Source: Octopus vulgaris (lineage: Eukaryota). Taken from it: a stretch of 64,000 bases of DNA. The notes below the pieces were generated by a model that saw only the letters and a program-made list of their open reading frames with translations, ran no database searches and was not told the DNA's origin. The translations under genes were made by a program, and so were the position numbers. Shown in pieces: positions 40,268 to 55,525 of the stretch (the stretch's first letter is position 1; every line of letters begins with the position of its first letter). Location: contig OX597820.1 in the NCBI GenBank assembly GCA_951406725.2, forward strand, positions 64,542,001 through 64,606,000. Direction: 5' to 3'.

Positions 40268-41088
40268 ACGCTTATATTTGTATATAAAAGGTACTCAATA
40301 CGTGTTGTAAAGATTATTCATTAAAATCTAACGCTTCACTTCGTTGCTTCCTTTGAGTTTTCCGTTCCTCACGAACGGCGATACATGTTTCATATTTTAT
40401 CACAACTATATGTGAGTGTGTGTGTTTGTGTGTGTGAGTGTGTGGGAGAGAAAGAGAGATAATGTGGTGGTGTTTGTGGGGGCGAGGGTAAACATATAAA
40501 TGCATGGCTAGAGACACACCTTCATACACTGAAATATGAATACAGGAATATATGCGTCTGAGAGAGTGAGAGAACGGAAGAGATGGATATGAGTGAGAAA
40601 AAGACGTGGAGAGAAAAGTTAGCCATATTGACAGAGAAGGAAAAAGAAAATAATGGCGTAAAAATTACTTTGGAGAGAACTATCAAGAACATTTTTTTTT
40701 TAATCTTTTTAAATATAAACATATATGATGGATCGCTTTTAGAATTCACCTCTTTATATATGTTTTTCCAGGAGAATTAACTCTAAAGTACATTATAGCT
40801 CAAACATGTTTAACTTAGTCTGAAATTGAAGATTCTTTTTTCAGCTCTCTCGCTTCGTTGATTAAATACGACGACGGAGATTGAAATAACTATATTCGTG
40901 AAGTTTGTTTTCTTTTTTCGTGTATTAAAATGCAGCCAGCCGTTTCTTATAATAAACAGCATAATTAATGGAATTCCATTTGTCGGTGTCATTACTGCCA
41001 GCACTAATACCATTATTACAACAACATCAACAGTGGTCGTCACCACCACTTCCAGAGCCAGCAATAGCAGCAGCGGCAGCAGTAGCAG

Positions 41089-41642
41089 TGGAAGCGCAAT
41101 GGCCCAGTGGTTAGGACAGGGGACTTGCGGTCGTAAGAACGCGATTTCCATTCCCCGACCAGGGATTGTGAGTTTTTATTGAGAAAAATACACCTAAGCT
41201 CCACGATCTCCGACGGGCGAGGGTGAACCCCGCTGTACTCTTTTACCACAACTTACTCTCACTCTTTCTTCCTACTTCTGCCACAAAGCAGAGGAACCAT
41301 GGTGTAACCTACTATGGAGTGGTAAAGTTTCAGACCCTAGTCTAGATTGCGAATCCTCTGTAACCCAAGATGGTTCAGCTCTCCACCCGTTGAAAGCCAC
41401 CGTCTGCGGAATGAGGATAACAAGGTAGCTTTCGCGCCCATGCAACAGCCAGGCTATTCCGTGTGGTGGGTGGATCTTCAAATTGCCAGACGCACTCTTA
41501 GTAGCTTAATGTAGGCTCGAATTAGAGATTATTCTTTGTGGCTAATGGCGTGAGTCCTCAGAAGAAGAAGAAAAAGAAGAAGAAGAAGAAGAAGAAGAAG
41601 AAGAAGAAGAAGAAGAAGAAGAAGAAGAAGAAGAAGAAGAAA
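41089..41642 (+). mobile_element. SINE family C, full length with (GAA)n tail
   Basis: A box TGGCCCAGTGG, tRNA-like head, (GAA)n at 41559-41642. Confidence 0.85.
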
Positions 41643-41659
41643 GTAACATTGAAACAAAT

Positions 41660-42135
41660 TCGCCATCGTCATCCTTACTGTCGTCGTCCATTAAATTCAT
41701 TACCATCATCATTATCATTAATAAAAACAACAAAATATTGCACACCACAGCATCATTTTTCTTACTTTCATCGCCGTCTCCATCTCTGTTAGAGCCATCA
41801 TCACTTTCATAGTCTTCATAGTCTTCGCAGTCGTCGTCGTTATAATCATTATCATCACTGATATCGTTACCCTCATCGTCATTTTAGTCGCAGTCATCGT
41901 TATCATTATCATCATCGTCATCGTCGTCGAAATCTTCATCAACTCAATCACCATCAACATTATCGTCCACATCATAATCTCCATCCTCAATATCGTCGGC
42001 TTCGTTGTCGTCATCATCATTATCATTATCATATTCCTCAACACAATCACCATCAACATTATCGACAACATCTTCATAATTGTCACTTTAACCAGATCAT
42101 CGTTGGCTTCGTTGTCATCATCATCATCATCATTA
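41660..42135. repeat. Degenerate (CAT/CGT)n trinucleotide tract
   Basis: Direct reading. Confidence 0.85.
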
Positions 42136-42564
42136 GCATTTAATAAATGATTTTTTAATTGTTTACTTTCGTAATGTTTCTTTTTCGATTCACTACACTC
42201 ATCGGATAAATATACATTAACAAGGAAAAATCAAAAAGAAAGCAAAAACTTTCAACCGTAGTTTTAATTTTCTAGCGATTCCTTAACTTTTTTTGTTTGA
42301 GAGAAAGCAACCCAGAGGGAGCAATTTATTGTGAAATACAAAACCGCTAACATCTCGCATGTAATATAGAAAGCGAGCCGAAAACATAGAGAGCGAGCTG
42401 AAAACTTAAATTATCGAAGTAAATAATAGATAAGAATGCCCTCTGTGAGGATTTAACATCATAAGTAAGAGAGATAATTTGAGTAAGCGCGGTTGACCCA
42501 AACTACATCATTATGTTAAGGTCTATCTGCCTTTACTTTTTCCTCATTTGTATCTTACTTCCCT

Positions 42565-42875
42565 TCTTGACCTGCAGCCGTACCGGAGCGCGGTCATGAA
42601 CGGTTTAGTCGAACAGATCGATCCCGTTACTAATTTTTAAGTTGGCTTCTTATTCTATCGGCCCCTTTTGTCGAATCGCTAAGTCACGAGGTCGTAGACA
42701 AACCAACAGCAATTGTCAAACAGTGGGCCAAACACACAGACTCACTCGCTTACGCACGCGCACCCACAGTGTTCATATAGTTCCCGTCTATATGATTAAT
42801 TCACAAGAGAACTGTCTTCTCGGACCTGTATCAGAAACACTTGTCCAAACTGTCGATAAGTGGGACTGAAATCAC
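42565..42875 (-). mobile_element. Old SINE family A copy
   Basis: tttagtcgaacagatcgatccc..tattctatcgg..acacttgtccaa..gtgggactgaa. Confidence 0.6.
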
Positions 42876-43575
42876 GCCCAAGTGCTTGCAACAATTTTGT
42901 GTGTTGCCTCATAATTAAGATATACTTTGATGAAAAGTTCTTTAGTGATGGAAACATCACTATTGTCTTCAACATTTGTTACAAGGCAGCGGTCTTTCTG
43001 TTCGCGGCTTTGAAATTAAAAAAAACCCCACAGACGTCTTGGGTTGCTGTTGACGATCAAAACTACTGATTGGTGAGCAAATATCTGGAACCCATACTAC
43101 GTGAGAATAGCAGAATATTGACCCTAGAATTTGTTGCTACACGTGGCCCACTGTGTGTGTGTATGAGTATATTTGTGCATCTATCTCTACGTGTGCAATC
43201 AGATACAAGCGCACATGCTCTTATGTAGCGGTACACATACAGTCAACTACATTCGAAAGGTTAAAGGACTTATATGCAGATTTACGTATATGGGCATATA
43301 TATTATAAAACATCCCTTAGGCATATACACTACATTAACATATCTATAGCCATGTATAAACAAACGTGAGAAGACATATTTGCATATATTATCGAGTTTT
43401 CCTCCCGTACACGCACATGCATAGATCTACATCAAAATAAACATACGCGTATTTATACGCAGTAGTTCATAAATCCGAACCGGTCATCGAGTAACCATTG
43501 GTTTCGCACTGACAAAACATTTGCAGTATAGACGTCTCGTCGGTCAAACTATGAGCAGCCATAACATTTACCTTC

Positions 43576-43644
<69 letters not shown>

Positions 43645-43734
43645 GTATATATATACGTGTGTGTGTGTTTGTGCGTGCTTGTCTATCTAGGTATAAGTAT
43701 GTATATATATGTATATTTTATGTATATATGTGGA

Positions 43735-43985
43735 AGTGGAAGCACTCCGTCGGTTACGACGATGAGGGTTCCGGTTGATCCGAATCAATGGAACAGCCTG
43801 CTCGTGAAATTAACGTGTAAGTGGCTGAGCACTCCACAGACACGTGTACCCTTAACGTAGTTCTCGGGGATATTCAGCGTGACACAGAGAGTGACAAGGC
43901 CAGCCCTTTGAAATACAGGTACAACAGAAACAGGAAGTAAGAGAGAGGGAAAGTTGTGGTGAAAGAGTACAGCAGGGATCACCAC
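43735..43985 (-). mobile_element. SINE related to family C, different 3' module
   Basis: Minus strand gtggtgatccctgctgtactctttcaccacaactttc matches the family C core, then diverges. Confidence 0.7.
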
Positions 43986-43992
43986 ATATATA

Positions 43993-44356
43993 ATAAATTA
44001 GAAATGCATTAAATACTAAAAAAATGTACAAATAGGATAGACAAATAACGACCATAATTCTTCATCAGTTGTCGACCGAAATGCTAATACACTGTTTCAT
44101 GCCTTAAGCGATAAGATTGAGAACTCAGCATATCGGCGGCATTCGCAAAATGTGCGGAGGTTTAGGGCTCGAGCGAACAAAACTGTAAGAGTGGGGACGT
44201 AAGAAAGTAAACAAATGTACTCCGATATGCGAAGCTATCAGTTAGAGGTATGAAACTGTGTATTAATATTTCGGTCGATAACTGGTGAAGAATTAGGGTC
44301 CCTCTGTGACTATCCTAAGTGTAGGTTTTTCAGTATTTAAGGCATTTTTCATTTAT
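43993..44356. repeat. Old diverged inverted repeat between microsatellites
   Basis: 43993-44148 aligns in reverse complement with 44211-44356 (e.g. atttcggtcga.aactg.tgaagaatta.ggtc). Confidence 0.75.
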
Positions 44357-44439
44357 CGAGTAACTGGAGGCCACGCATCGCGACTTTTACATACATACAT
44401 ACATACATACACACATACATACATACATACATACTTATG

Positions 44440-44485
<46 letters not shown>

Positions 44486-44594
44486 TGAGTTCAGCAAAGT
44501 TTAGATTCAGATGAATATGGTACTTAAGTTGATGCACCAGAATTTAGAACGTTATTAGCCATACAGTATCAAAATAAGTTGATTAAAATCAAAG

Positions 44595-44788
<194 letters not shown>

Positions 44789-45824
44789 TATGTGCATGCG
44801 TTTATATGTACGTATGTTTATACATACATTTATGTATATCCCCATCCATTTACATAATGACATATTCACACGCTCACACACATAAACACACACACGCACA
44901 CTCACATACATACACACACATATATATGCAGACAAACGCACAAATTGTATACATATGCTCGCCAACAAACTACGTATATTTACAAACGAGGCTACCCACC
45001 ATGAATTCATTTGGTACTGAAGAACGACAGAGATAACATACGAATCAGATTCCAACTAATGGAGTAAAGCGTAAATCTATATTTGTCGATTTGTATCATG
45101 ATCGTCGAGATAGTATGACTTACTGAATACATATGCTTACTAGACTATAATCGTAATAGCCGAATATTCCACATACACTGGTACACTTATCGCTTACACA
45201 TCAATCAGTGTAACATATGTATGACCAAATCAGTCGTTTCAAATTTTGCTCTACTCAATCCGATAGCCTTACGGAATTTGCTATTACAAAATTTCAGGAA
45301 TGAGACTTCAGTCAGCCATAAGCTATTACAAAAACACGTGTCAAATATACCACATAGTGGGATCGAACCAGTAATCGCAACATGATCTTGAAGCGAAATT
45401 CGTAACAATTTGTCCTTGCCGTGAATCGCATACGCCTTTACACACAAAGAATTCGTACACATTTCTATTCGCATATACTTTAAATAAATGCATACTCATA
45501 AACACACACTTACTCAACACGCATACACACAGTTTAATCCCGTGTGATAAGAAAATTTGGCATTTTGGTCGTTAGATTTCCCCAACTGTGACGAGCTATT
45601 TTGTTCCCATGATGCAATGGTTTGTCGATATTTCCAGAAAACAACTCAGGTTACCAAAGCAATGCCAATTTATTTTTCTTTACAGCAGACATGTGTGTGT
45701 GTGTGTGCATATGTAGGCTAACATATATATATATACAGTATATATATATATATATATATATATATTTACACACAAAAAATATAGATACACACACGTATGT
45801 ATACATATATATGCACATACGTAA

Positions 45825-45866
<42 letters not shown>

Positions 45867-46054
45867 ATATATAAATGTATGTTCCTAGATACACAAGCAC
45901 ACAGATAGAAAAATATATTAAATAATACACATCTACATCCACTGGGGGCAAGTTAGTCTATGCAATTATTTTCGTTGGTGTTTTGTCTAACGTTGGAGAA
46001 CGTTGCTTATCAATCAGGGAACGCTTCAGAAAAAAATAATAATAATACAAAGAA

Positions 46055-46091
46055 ATAATAATAATACTACTACTACTACTACTACTACTAC

Positions 46092-46145
<54 letters not shown>

Positions 46146-46155
46146 TGATGATGAT
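46055..46155. repeat. (TAC)n(AAT)n(GAT)n compound microsatellite
   Basis: Direct reading. Confidence 0.95.
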
Positions 46156-46533
46156 ATGTTTGAAAAAACAATACAAAAATTATAAACGAAATATACACCC
46201 TAAACATTTTCATTTGCTGTCATGTGGTAGACAAGCTGGAGGCACTGTTGATATTTTTTCTTGGTGTTATTCTCTGTGATGGTGGTCTTGACTGTCGTAG
46301 TGATGGCGTTGGTGTTGGTAGTGGCACAAGTAATATGCGTCTTCGGTGTTGCTTACATTGATATTGTTGCTATTGTTGTTGTTGGTATTGATGTTGTGTT
46401 GGCACCACACCCATTCAGAGGAACGGCCCTGGAGCAAGAAATGTGTGGGTTGGTAGGTCGGATAATCAAAATCGTGTTGAGCTGAATACAAGTGTTAGGT
46501 ACACAACAGGTTCAATGAAAACAATGTGTCAAC

Positions 46534-46534
<1 letters not shown>

Positions 46535-46610
<76 letters not shown>

Positions 46611-46613
46611 TAT

Positions 46614-46682
<69 letters not shown>

Positions 46683-46758
46683 CATACATACATAAATACA
46701 CACACACATATATATATATACATACATACATGTGTGTTTGCATAAGTATCTGTGTATA

Positions 46759-46790
<32 letters not shown>

Positions 46791-46846
46791 GAGAGAGACG
46801 TACGTATAAATATGTATATATGTGTGTGTGTGTTTGTGTGTACGTG

Positions 46847-46916
<70 letters not shown>

Positions 46917-46925
46917 CATGTATAT
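46535..46925. repeat. (TA)n-rich compound tract
   Basis: Direct reading. Confidence 0.95.
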
Positions 46926-47414
46926 ACACGTGTGCGCCTGTATACATGTTATCGAATTGTCGATATATATAAATGTTAATATGCTCACTCAAAAACGAAC
47001 ACACTCGTCCACACAGTAATATAAGTGTGTTTATGCGCACGTTTGTGTTTATAGAAGTATACACGCATGCACTCAGACATGGATATATGTTGAAGCTATA
47101 AAAGAAACCATTTTTGGAATAGCTATAAATCAATGTTGTTCTTATAAAATATAATGAGGTGAGACTATTTATACCGAAGTTACATTATTGTGTGTAGACA
47201 ATTGGAAAGATTCGTAAATATAATATATACAATGAATAGCAAAAAGGATATTAATCAATGTCTAACAGTTCCAGCATTTTATTGAAAAGTATAACCGAAG
47301 ATCTCAGAGTATTTGTCTTATTCTGACCTCATCAGAAAGAAATAGTCTAACTGCGGAGATATTGATTAAGTATAATCGAAGTAATAATAAAATATTGTGT
47401 ATTCTTTAATTCAT

Positions 47415-47685
47415 TTATTTTTTTCAGTCAGTTTACTGCGGACATGTTGTAGTACCATCTTTCGTCGAGCAAATCGAACCCAGGACTCGTTCTTTGTAAG
47501 CCTAGTACTTATTCTAGAGGACTCTTCTTGCGAGCTGCTAAGTAACAGGGACGTAAACATACCAGTAGCGGTTGCCAAGAGATGGTGGCAAGAGAAACAC
47601 TGATGCACAAATGAATGCATACATATGCATAGCATATATATATATATATATATATCTATATCTATTTATCTATCTATCTATCTAT

Positions 47686-47727
<42 letters not shown>

Positions 47728-47880
47728 CAGACTACTTTCAGTTTCCGTCTACCAAATCCACTCATAAGGCTTTGATTGGCTCGAGGCTACAGTAGAGGGC
47801 AGTTGCCCGAAGTGCCTTGCAGTGGGACTGAACCCGGAACCATACTGATGGAAATTAAGCTTCTTACAACACACCCACTT
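47415..47880 (-). mobile_element. SINE family A
   Basis: Match to the family along its length. Confidence 0.8.
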
Positions 47881-48192
47881 ATGGGAATGCATGGAAAAAA
47901 TAAACCATATTTAATTTCTTAATGGGACTCACAGCTAGTTTAAAACTACTTCGAGGTCATTCGCTGCATTTAGCCTACATCCACTTTTAGACAAAGCTTT
48001 GTTGGCTTCCGGTCTGAGATGATCTTCATTTCTTCCTCCCATCCTCCATCTTGAGGACCTTAAGTATCTCATTAGTCACCAGTTTTCCCTGTATTAGAAA
48101 ATATGTTTGAAAATATATTTTATACAAATTTTCATCGGCAATAGATATCTGCGGATGATTGTCAATGCCAAACAATTTCTTGGTTTTTACAG

Positions 48193-48360
48193 AGGTGGCG
48201 AGCTGGCAGAATATTTAGCACACCGTACGAAATACAAATCGGCATTTCTTGCGGGTCTTTACGATTCGAATTGAAATTTTGCCGAAGTTGACTTTGCCTT
48301 TCATTACTTCGGGTTTGTTAAAATTAGTTCCGGTTGAAGAGTGGACCAGATGCAATTGAC
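48193..48360 (+). mobile_element. Diverged SINE family B
   Basis: aggtggcgagctggcagaa..gactttgcctttcat. Confidence 0.7.
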
Positions 48361-48581
48361 TGATATTCTGCTTATAGAAGAAAGGAGAAATTATTTTCTA
48401 ATTTTCGGAATTGAGCGTACTTTCGGAACAGAAGATATACATACTTGAACGAATATCATAGTATCCAGTTTACTTACTCAGGAAATGACGACGAAATCAT
48501 TAAGTAAATTTCAAGCCAAACTGAAGTGAAAAACGCCATCGCCTGAAAAACGATGCTTTATTTAGAGTTAACACAATACAT

Positions 48582-48753
48582 AGGCACCGGAGTGGCTGTG
48601 TGGTAAGTAGCTTGCTTACCAACCACATCGTTCCGGGTTCAGTCCCACTGCGTGGCATCTTGGGTAAGTGTCTTCTACTATAGCCTCGGGCCGACCAAAG
48701 CCTTGTGAGTGGATTTCGTAGACGGAAAGTGAAAGAAGCCCGTCGTATATATG

Positions 48754-48824
<71 letters not shown>

Positions 48825-49014
48825 TCCCCTAACAACACATGTCAACTCATGCTGGTGTGTTTACGTCCCCGTAACTTAGCGGTTCGGCAAAAGAAACCCA
48901 TAGAATAAGTACTAGGCTTACAAAGAATAAGTCCCGGGGTCGATTTGCTCGAGTAAAAGCAGTGCTCCAACATAGCCGCAGTCAAATGACTGAAACAAGT
49001 AAAAGAGTAAAGAG
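48582..49014 (+). mobile_element. SINE family A, full length
   Basis: A/B boxes, internal (TA)(TG)n, aaaagagt tail. Confidence 0.88.
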
Positions 49015-49849
49015 TATATGAAGAACTTAAAAAGAGAATAGCATGTTTACATTTATTAATATTCAAAATATAGTTTTGGCAATTAGTGCACATGGGTTAA
49101 TTACAGTTATATATATAAAACAAAAACACAAACAACAAAAGGGACCTTTAGCCATGCCGTAAATATGTTTGCAATTCTCATCAGGATGTAATCTTTTATC
49201 CGCATAATCTCGGTAGATGTTATAACAAGAGCAATGTTTTTAGAGCAAAGCTCTAATTTTGTTAATAACATAGCGTTAATTAATTTATATGCTATGTAGT
49301 ATAGAATGTTACCTGCTACACCAACAACTGAATTCACACTAACATATCATTTATTTTGGATCTTTAACTGATATAAATTGTTTTAATGAGAAATCATGTG
49401 GGCTTTAAACAAACTACAATGTATTTAGTTCTATACTTGGATGTACACTCATTAAAATTTAACCAGTTTAATGCTTCGTATAAATATACCTACATACATA
49501 CGTACATACATACATATATACATACATACATACATACACGCACATGCACACACAAACACACATATATATATATGTATATGAATACACCTACAAGAATTTC
49601 TGCTATTGAGTCAGTTTCTGATTTCTCACTCTCTCTCTCTCTCTCTCACTCACTCCCTCTCTCTTTTTCTCTCTTAATATATAAACACAAGCATAGACAC
49701 ATCTATATATACAGACATATATTTATATTTATAGATTGTGAGTTGTATGTGAGGGCATATTTGGTAATTTAATAAAACAAATATTACCTACCGAAAACCA
49801 AATGTATTTCATAGAAATTATTTGTGCATATGTTTTCGATAAGCTTTCT

Positions 49850-50800
49850 TAAGAATTTGCCTTTATTTTCGTTGGCTGTCTAAATACTGAACCGAAATCT
49901 TTGACATGCATGCACTAAATACACCTTATGCCTTTCTGACATCACGGGAAATACAGCGGCCGTCATTGAAGTTAGCTTATTGATGACGTCCATTAGTTTC
50001 CCTTTCAACAATGCTCCCAGCGTAGTAGTCCATGAGATTTAAATCTGGCGAAGTTGGGGGGCACACTTTTGGTGTTATATGATCCTAAAGTTTGTCTGAA
50101 TCCCTTTTTGTATTACGTGGGCTTTATGAGAATGTTGTGAGTCTCGATGAAACACGTATAGCCGTCGATGCGTATTTCATCGAGCCAATTCTTAAGAACT
50201 GTTTCCACCACGTCTAGGTAACCAGCTTCATTAATTCTAAGACCCTGTGGAAAGATATGAGGTGGTATGATATTGCCTTCGTGACACATAACTTCGGAAA
50301 CATTACAGTTACTGGAAGCTTTACTATCGCTGGAAACCTATTCTGGAGACATCGGCAGTATCTGCACGCAACCACATGTCATTTTCCCTATTAGAATTTT
50401 CGGCATAATCACATATTATTTCAGAAGAGCAGAAGGAAAGTATGCTATGTTCGTGAAGGTTGTCTAATCTTGCTAAGTAGCCGTTCATATGTATCAATGA
50501 GTTTTTGTATGTCTTTGCATTCGATTCTTTCGGTGATGGCTCTCGTTCATTTTGCCGAATCGTTATTGATAATGTCTTCAAAACGTTGGATAAGTTGTTC
50601 CGTTCTTACAGTGACAAAACCCTTGGAATGTTTTCTGATTCCTTGTTGATACAGTTCAAATATAACCACCAGAGGCTTCCGATGCAATCCCAACTTTGTT
50701 TACACAATATCTGGCATAATTTAGAGAGTTGGAATTTTCTAATTCGCCAAAGTCCCTAAATAATACGACAATTATTGCATATCTCTTCATTTATTGTGTT
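49850..50800 (-). mobile_element. Decayed Tc1/mariner transposon, maT (DD37D) family
   Basis: EGNIIPPHIFPQGLRIN..YLDV, YVFHRDSQHSHKA, CPPTSPDLNLMDYY; 37 residues between the 2nd and 3rd D after correcting one frameshift; TIRs not identified. Confidence 0.8.
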
Positions 50801-51078
50801 AGCATGTTATCTGCCACGGCGGTGTGTGAAAATAATGAAAAAAACATATCTTTATTTAATTTCAAGTGTTTAAATACTACTCACATCAAGTGTGCGCGCG
50901 TGCGTCCGTGCGTGCGTGCATGTTTGTATATGTGTGTGTGTATATGCTTGTGTGTGTATGTGTATCTGTTAGAGTTTTTGTGTTTGTCAGTGGACCATCG
51001 CTTGACAACCGGTGTTGGTTTGTCTATGTCAAGTAACTTAACGGTACGGAAAAAAGACTGATGGAATAATAGAATAAT

Positions 51079-51124
51079 AAAATATCAGCAAAACGCCAGA
51101 ATTTCGGCGTTTTGCTGATATTTT
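51079..51124. repeat. Perfect 19-bp hairpin
   Basis: aaaatatcagcaaaacgcc-agaatttc-ggcgttttgctgatatttt. Confidence 0.85.
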
Positions 51125-51218
51125 TTTCTTGAGAACACACTCTTCGTGGTAATGGCAATTTGACGTCTATGTTTAGCATATTAGGTGTCCACTTTATTGG
51201 TCATTCTTCTTAATTTTG

Positions 51219-51256
<38 letters not shown>

Positions 51257-51263
51257 CATTTAT

Positions 51264-51327
<64 letters not shown>

Positions 51328-51693
51328 CATACAATGTATGTAAAGGCATACACAGTATGCCTATTGTCTCACTTATTTACATTCACCTAACTTATTGAGA
51401 ATTATTGTTTTGTGTTGCTAACATCACGCGTTCGCAATACAACTTACAACCACACACACACACACACACACACCTACACATTCATGAAGCGTCAAAAAAG
51501 TTTTAATCCGCATAACTTTTAAAGTAGTCGTTTTCTTGGCTACAACCACTCTGTTTACATTTTCGAGTGATGGTGAAGTTATTTGGGTTTTTTTACAATA
51601 GTTACGCATTTTTTCATTATTATTAAATCTATGAAATAATACATATCTCGCTATGAAGCAAAAGAAGACAAGAACACACACACACACACACAC

Positions 51694-51753
<60 letters not shown>

Positions 51754-52279
51754 ACGAAATAAGTATATAAACTACAACTGCATCAAGCGCTACAACAACA
51801 GCAACATCAAAAGAGATATAGTAAATAATAATATCAAAATTTGTCGACACGTCAAAACAGTCTTGTATTTTCAATTCTTCAAAGTAGCCAAGCTAGCCAT
51901 CTTTTACTTCAATGACAGCTTTCGAGTGAACATACTTGGAATGCTTTCAACCAGTTCGATGTAGCACAATATAGTATATATAATACAAGATCGTTGAACG
52001 ACAGTTGGCCGCATATCCTCAAGGTTCCTTTCTCTCCCAGTTGTGCGGAGCATCTTCTGTGTGTTGTTGACTGGTTTACTTCACTTCAGAATCGGTTACA
52101 GCTCAACAAATCTCCAATAATTCAATATCTTATCATCAGAAAAACCTTTAAGTTTATGGGTGGAGAAAAGGTAAGTGGGGAGAAAAAAATCTTTATATTT
52201 GATGGGGAAAACGTCGAAACTGTCATATATGTTCAGAGTCTGTTTTTTTGTTATCTTTACCGATACAATGTAGCAGTAA

Positions 52280-52309
52280 TTACATATATGTATCTATACA
52301 TATATATAT

Positions 52310-52360
<51 letters not shown>

Positions 52361-52386
52361 CATATGTGTGTATTTACATATATATA

Positions 52387-52418
<32 letters not shown>

Positions 52419-52543
52419 CGCATGTATATATATATGGACATATATATATATATGGATACATATATATGGATGTATATATATATATATTTATATGTATACG
52501 TATATATATACATATATACGTGTATATATATATACATATATAT

Positions 52544-52598
<55 letters not shown>

Positions 52599-52625
52599 CA
52601 TATATATACATATATGTATATATAC
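52280..52625. repeat. Degenerate (TA)n tract
   Basis: Direct reading. Confidence 0.95.
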
Positions 52626-54785
52626 ATGCTACTTGTTGTATGTGTACTTCTATATATTCATGTGGTCACGTGTATATGTGTTTGGTTGTATGTATGGCCA
52701 TTTGTCTTTTTTACGTATGCTTGTATATTTTCCTGCGGCTGCGTCTGTGCTTGTGTTCGTGTTTATTTGTTCATGATTTGTCGTACATTGTTTTTTTTAC
52801 CGATACAGTGTATGTATGTACGTGGATATGACACTTTGCTTGAGTGCTCCTGTGTATTTATATTTTTGTATGTTTTCCCTTGCGTTTCAATGAGCGTGCT
52901 TGTATTATGTGTTTCCTTACACTTATGTCCGTATCCCCTTTAGTATATTCATGTTCGTGACTGTACATGTGTGTATTAGCGTGCGTTTACTGTCAATGTG
53001 TATGTTTTCTCCTGTATTATGGAACTTTTGAAGTATGATAGGGTGATGGCGATTTTCAATAAGTTCGCTCTTAATGTCTAACACAACAACATATTTTATC
53101 TCGAGTCCATATATAGACAACTATTGACCCCTTCTACGTTTAAAAACAGAATTAAAAACGATATTTTAGATAAGACGTATTTTTAATAAAACTTATAGTT
53201 AGTTTTGGCCTGTGGTTATCACAGTTTTTCCTGATATTTAGCCCTAGGTCATACTTGAGATTAAAACTAACCAGTGGTGTCTGTCTCTTCTTTTTGTTTT
53301 TTACTTTCGTTTTCTTCAGACATGGTACAACTAAGATTACATTATCCAATATGTCATTACCTACTTATGACTGAGAAATTTATGATGAGGGAGATTCGAT
53401 GAATATTTCTAGGTGAAGAAAAAACACATAGAGGTTCTCACAACAGCTTGATGGTATTCTAGCTTCTTGATGTTACTCTTCATGCAGTTTTAGTGAGATA
53501 CATCCTTTCAGTCGTAGAATAAGAAAAGAATTGCAAGCGGGTATTAAACCAGAATTAAGTTTTATACTCAAATGCAAGTAACGGAATTTTAAGAGGATCT
53601 CGATCAATTTGAATGCAGAATACCAATAAACAGAATAACACCATGATATATTATTTCCTATGATTTAACGATTTTGTTAACTACTTTGGAATTCAAGTAA
53701 TCTATATAACTTTATGGCGGGGAAGAACTGATGAACTCTACTGAATATATGACGCAGAAAGCTGGACATCAACATAGGACAGAACAAGAAAAATGGACAT
53801 CTTTCACATTTCACTGTGAGTTTTTAAATGCGGAGAGAACCAATGATATGAAATAGTTTTATATAATCATAAACACGTGAAGGCCTTCGATGGAATGCCT
53901 ATAAACCTAGGCTTATCCATTACAGTTTATTTAGTATTAAACAACAACAATAACTATAGTTATAAAGAGAGCAAGACAGACCACCATAATTGTAGAAGAG
54001 AGCACACCGTGTGATCATTCAATTTGTTTCAGTAATAGCTTAAAACACCCCAGAACCACATATGCCATCTTTCATAAAGAAATATAGGATCGCTGGATAA
54101 TGTGCACTTAAAAACTTTATTTCTAAAATATAAAAGTTGGTAGGGACACAGTTAAAATAGTTTTGAATATACGTCAGCTTCAACAGCTACAACAACAAAT
54201 ACAATTATATATACAATGACAAAACGTCTAAGTGTATACTATTTCAAAGAGAAGTCCACAGGGACATTACATAATAATGACTGACTCACACAGCCATTTA
54301 TACAAGGTCTGAAATCTCACTGTTAATCCATGCAATCTAGAAGCCAGTCAGAAACACCCATCCCAGACAATTAAATAAATAAATGAGCAAGAAATAACAA
54401 AACGGCAAGGAAAAGGAGATTAGAAAATAAACCTTGGAACAGAATGGTTCACAGTGAAAATAGTATTGCAAACAGGTGATATTTGACAATATTTCTATAT
54501 TTACACATAGATTATGGTGTAATGAAACTAAAAATCCCCGTTTTACAAATAGTGTATGGAAGGATGGAAATATTTAAAATTCCTTTGTAGTTATGTTAAT
54601 ACAAGTAGATTCGTCTACACATCCCCACATACACTATCACTTATTTTGTATGTTTGTGTGTAAATTTGATCGAGTGTCCGTCTAATATTCTTGTCTACCT
54701 ATCTTTCTTTCTGTCAATCAATCTATCTATCTATATATCTACCTATCAATCTATCTATCTGTCTTTCTTTCTCTCTCTCTCTCTC

Positions 54786-54869
<84 letters not shown>

Positions 54870-54916
54870 TGTATGTATGTGTGTATACATATATTATATG
54901 TGTGTACATAACATAT

Positions 54917-55012
54917 ATAGGGAGAGTTTACGAAAAAAACAAAAGACGAAGACAGGTGGTGTACAAAACAAACAGATGTATTAGTATAACGCTCAGAAAT
55001 AGAAACATAACA
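54917..55012 (-). mobile_element. Short 3' tail of a PLE related to 24277-27333
   Basis: Reverse complement aligns with 27250-27333 (ctgagcg..atactaataca..ccacctg.cttcgtcttttgttt). Confidence 0.75.
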
Positions 55013-55525
55013 TATATATGTATACACATGCACATGTATAATATACAAGGATATATACATGTATACACACATATGTAAGTGTTTACAGACACATACACAT
55101 GTACAGGCACATACACACATATACATGCATACACACTTCACCAGAAAGCTAGGTAACCTGACAGAAAAAGTCGACCTTCGCAGAATTTGAACACAGAACA
55201 TAAAGACAGAAGAAATGCACTCATCTCCATACATTTTATGCAACATTGCGTAGGCTTCTGAGCAGGCATCACCAGGACGGCTTTCTCTGTCATGGTCAAT
55301 TCTACGATTACACGCTACACACCTTCCTTACGAGTATTGCTGTAAACAGCTTAAGGGAACTAGCTCATTAAGACTTATTTGGCTTGACAGCAGCATTCAA
55401 TGTCGATTTTTGCCAAGCGGCTTCACGCTTGCAATTTAGGTTGGATACTTATTGATCAGACCTATATATATATGTATGTATGTATGTATATATTAAATAA
55501 AATTAAAAACAGAACACAAAGGATA

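Noticed and set aside
47295-47340. Minus-strand CTGATGA ggtc..gac aaa motif
   Set aside because: GAAA lost and no stem I; at best a dead relic
52140-52176. ATG GGT GGA GAA AAG|GTAAGT as a host first exon (similar donor near 4994)
   Set aside because: Isolated splice-like signals with no recognisable protein or partner exons; needs RNA-seq
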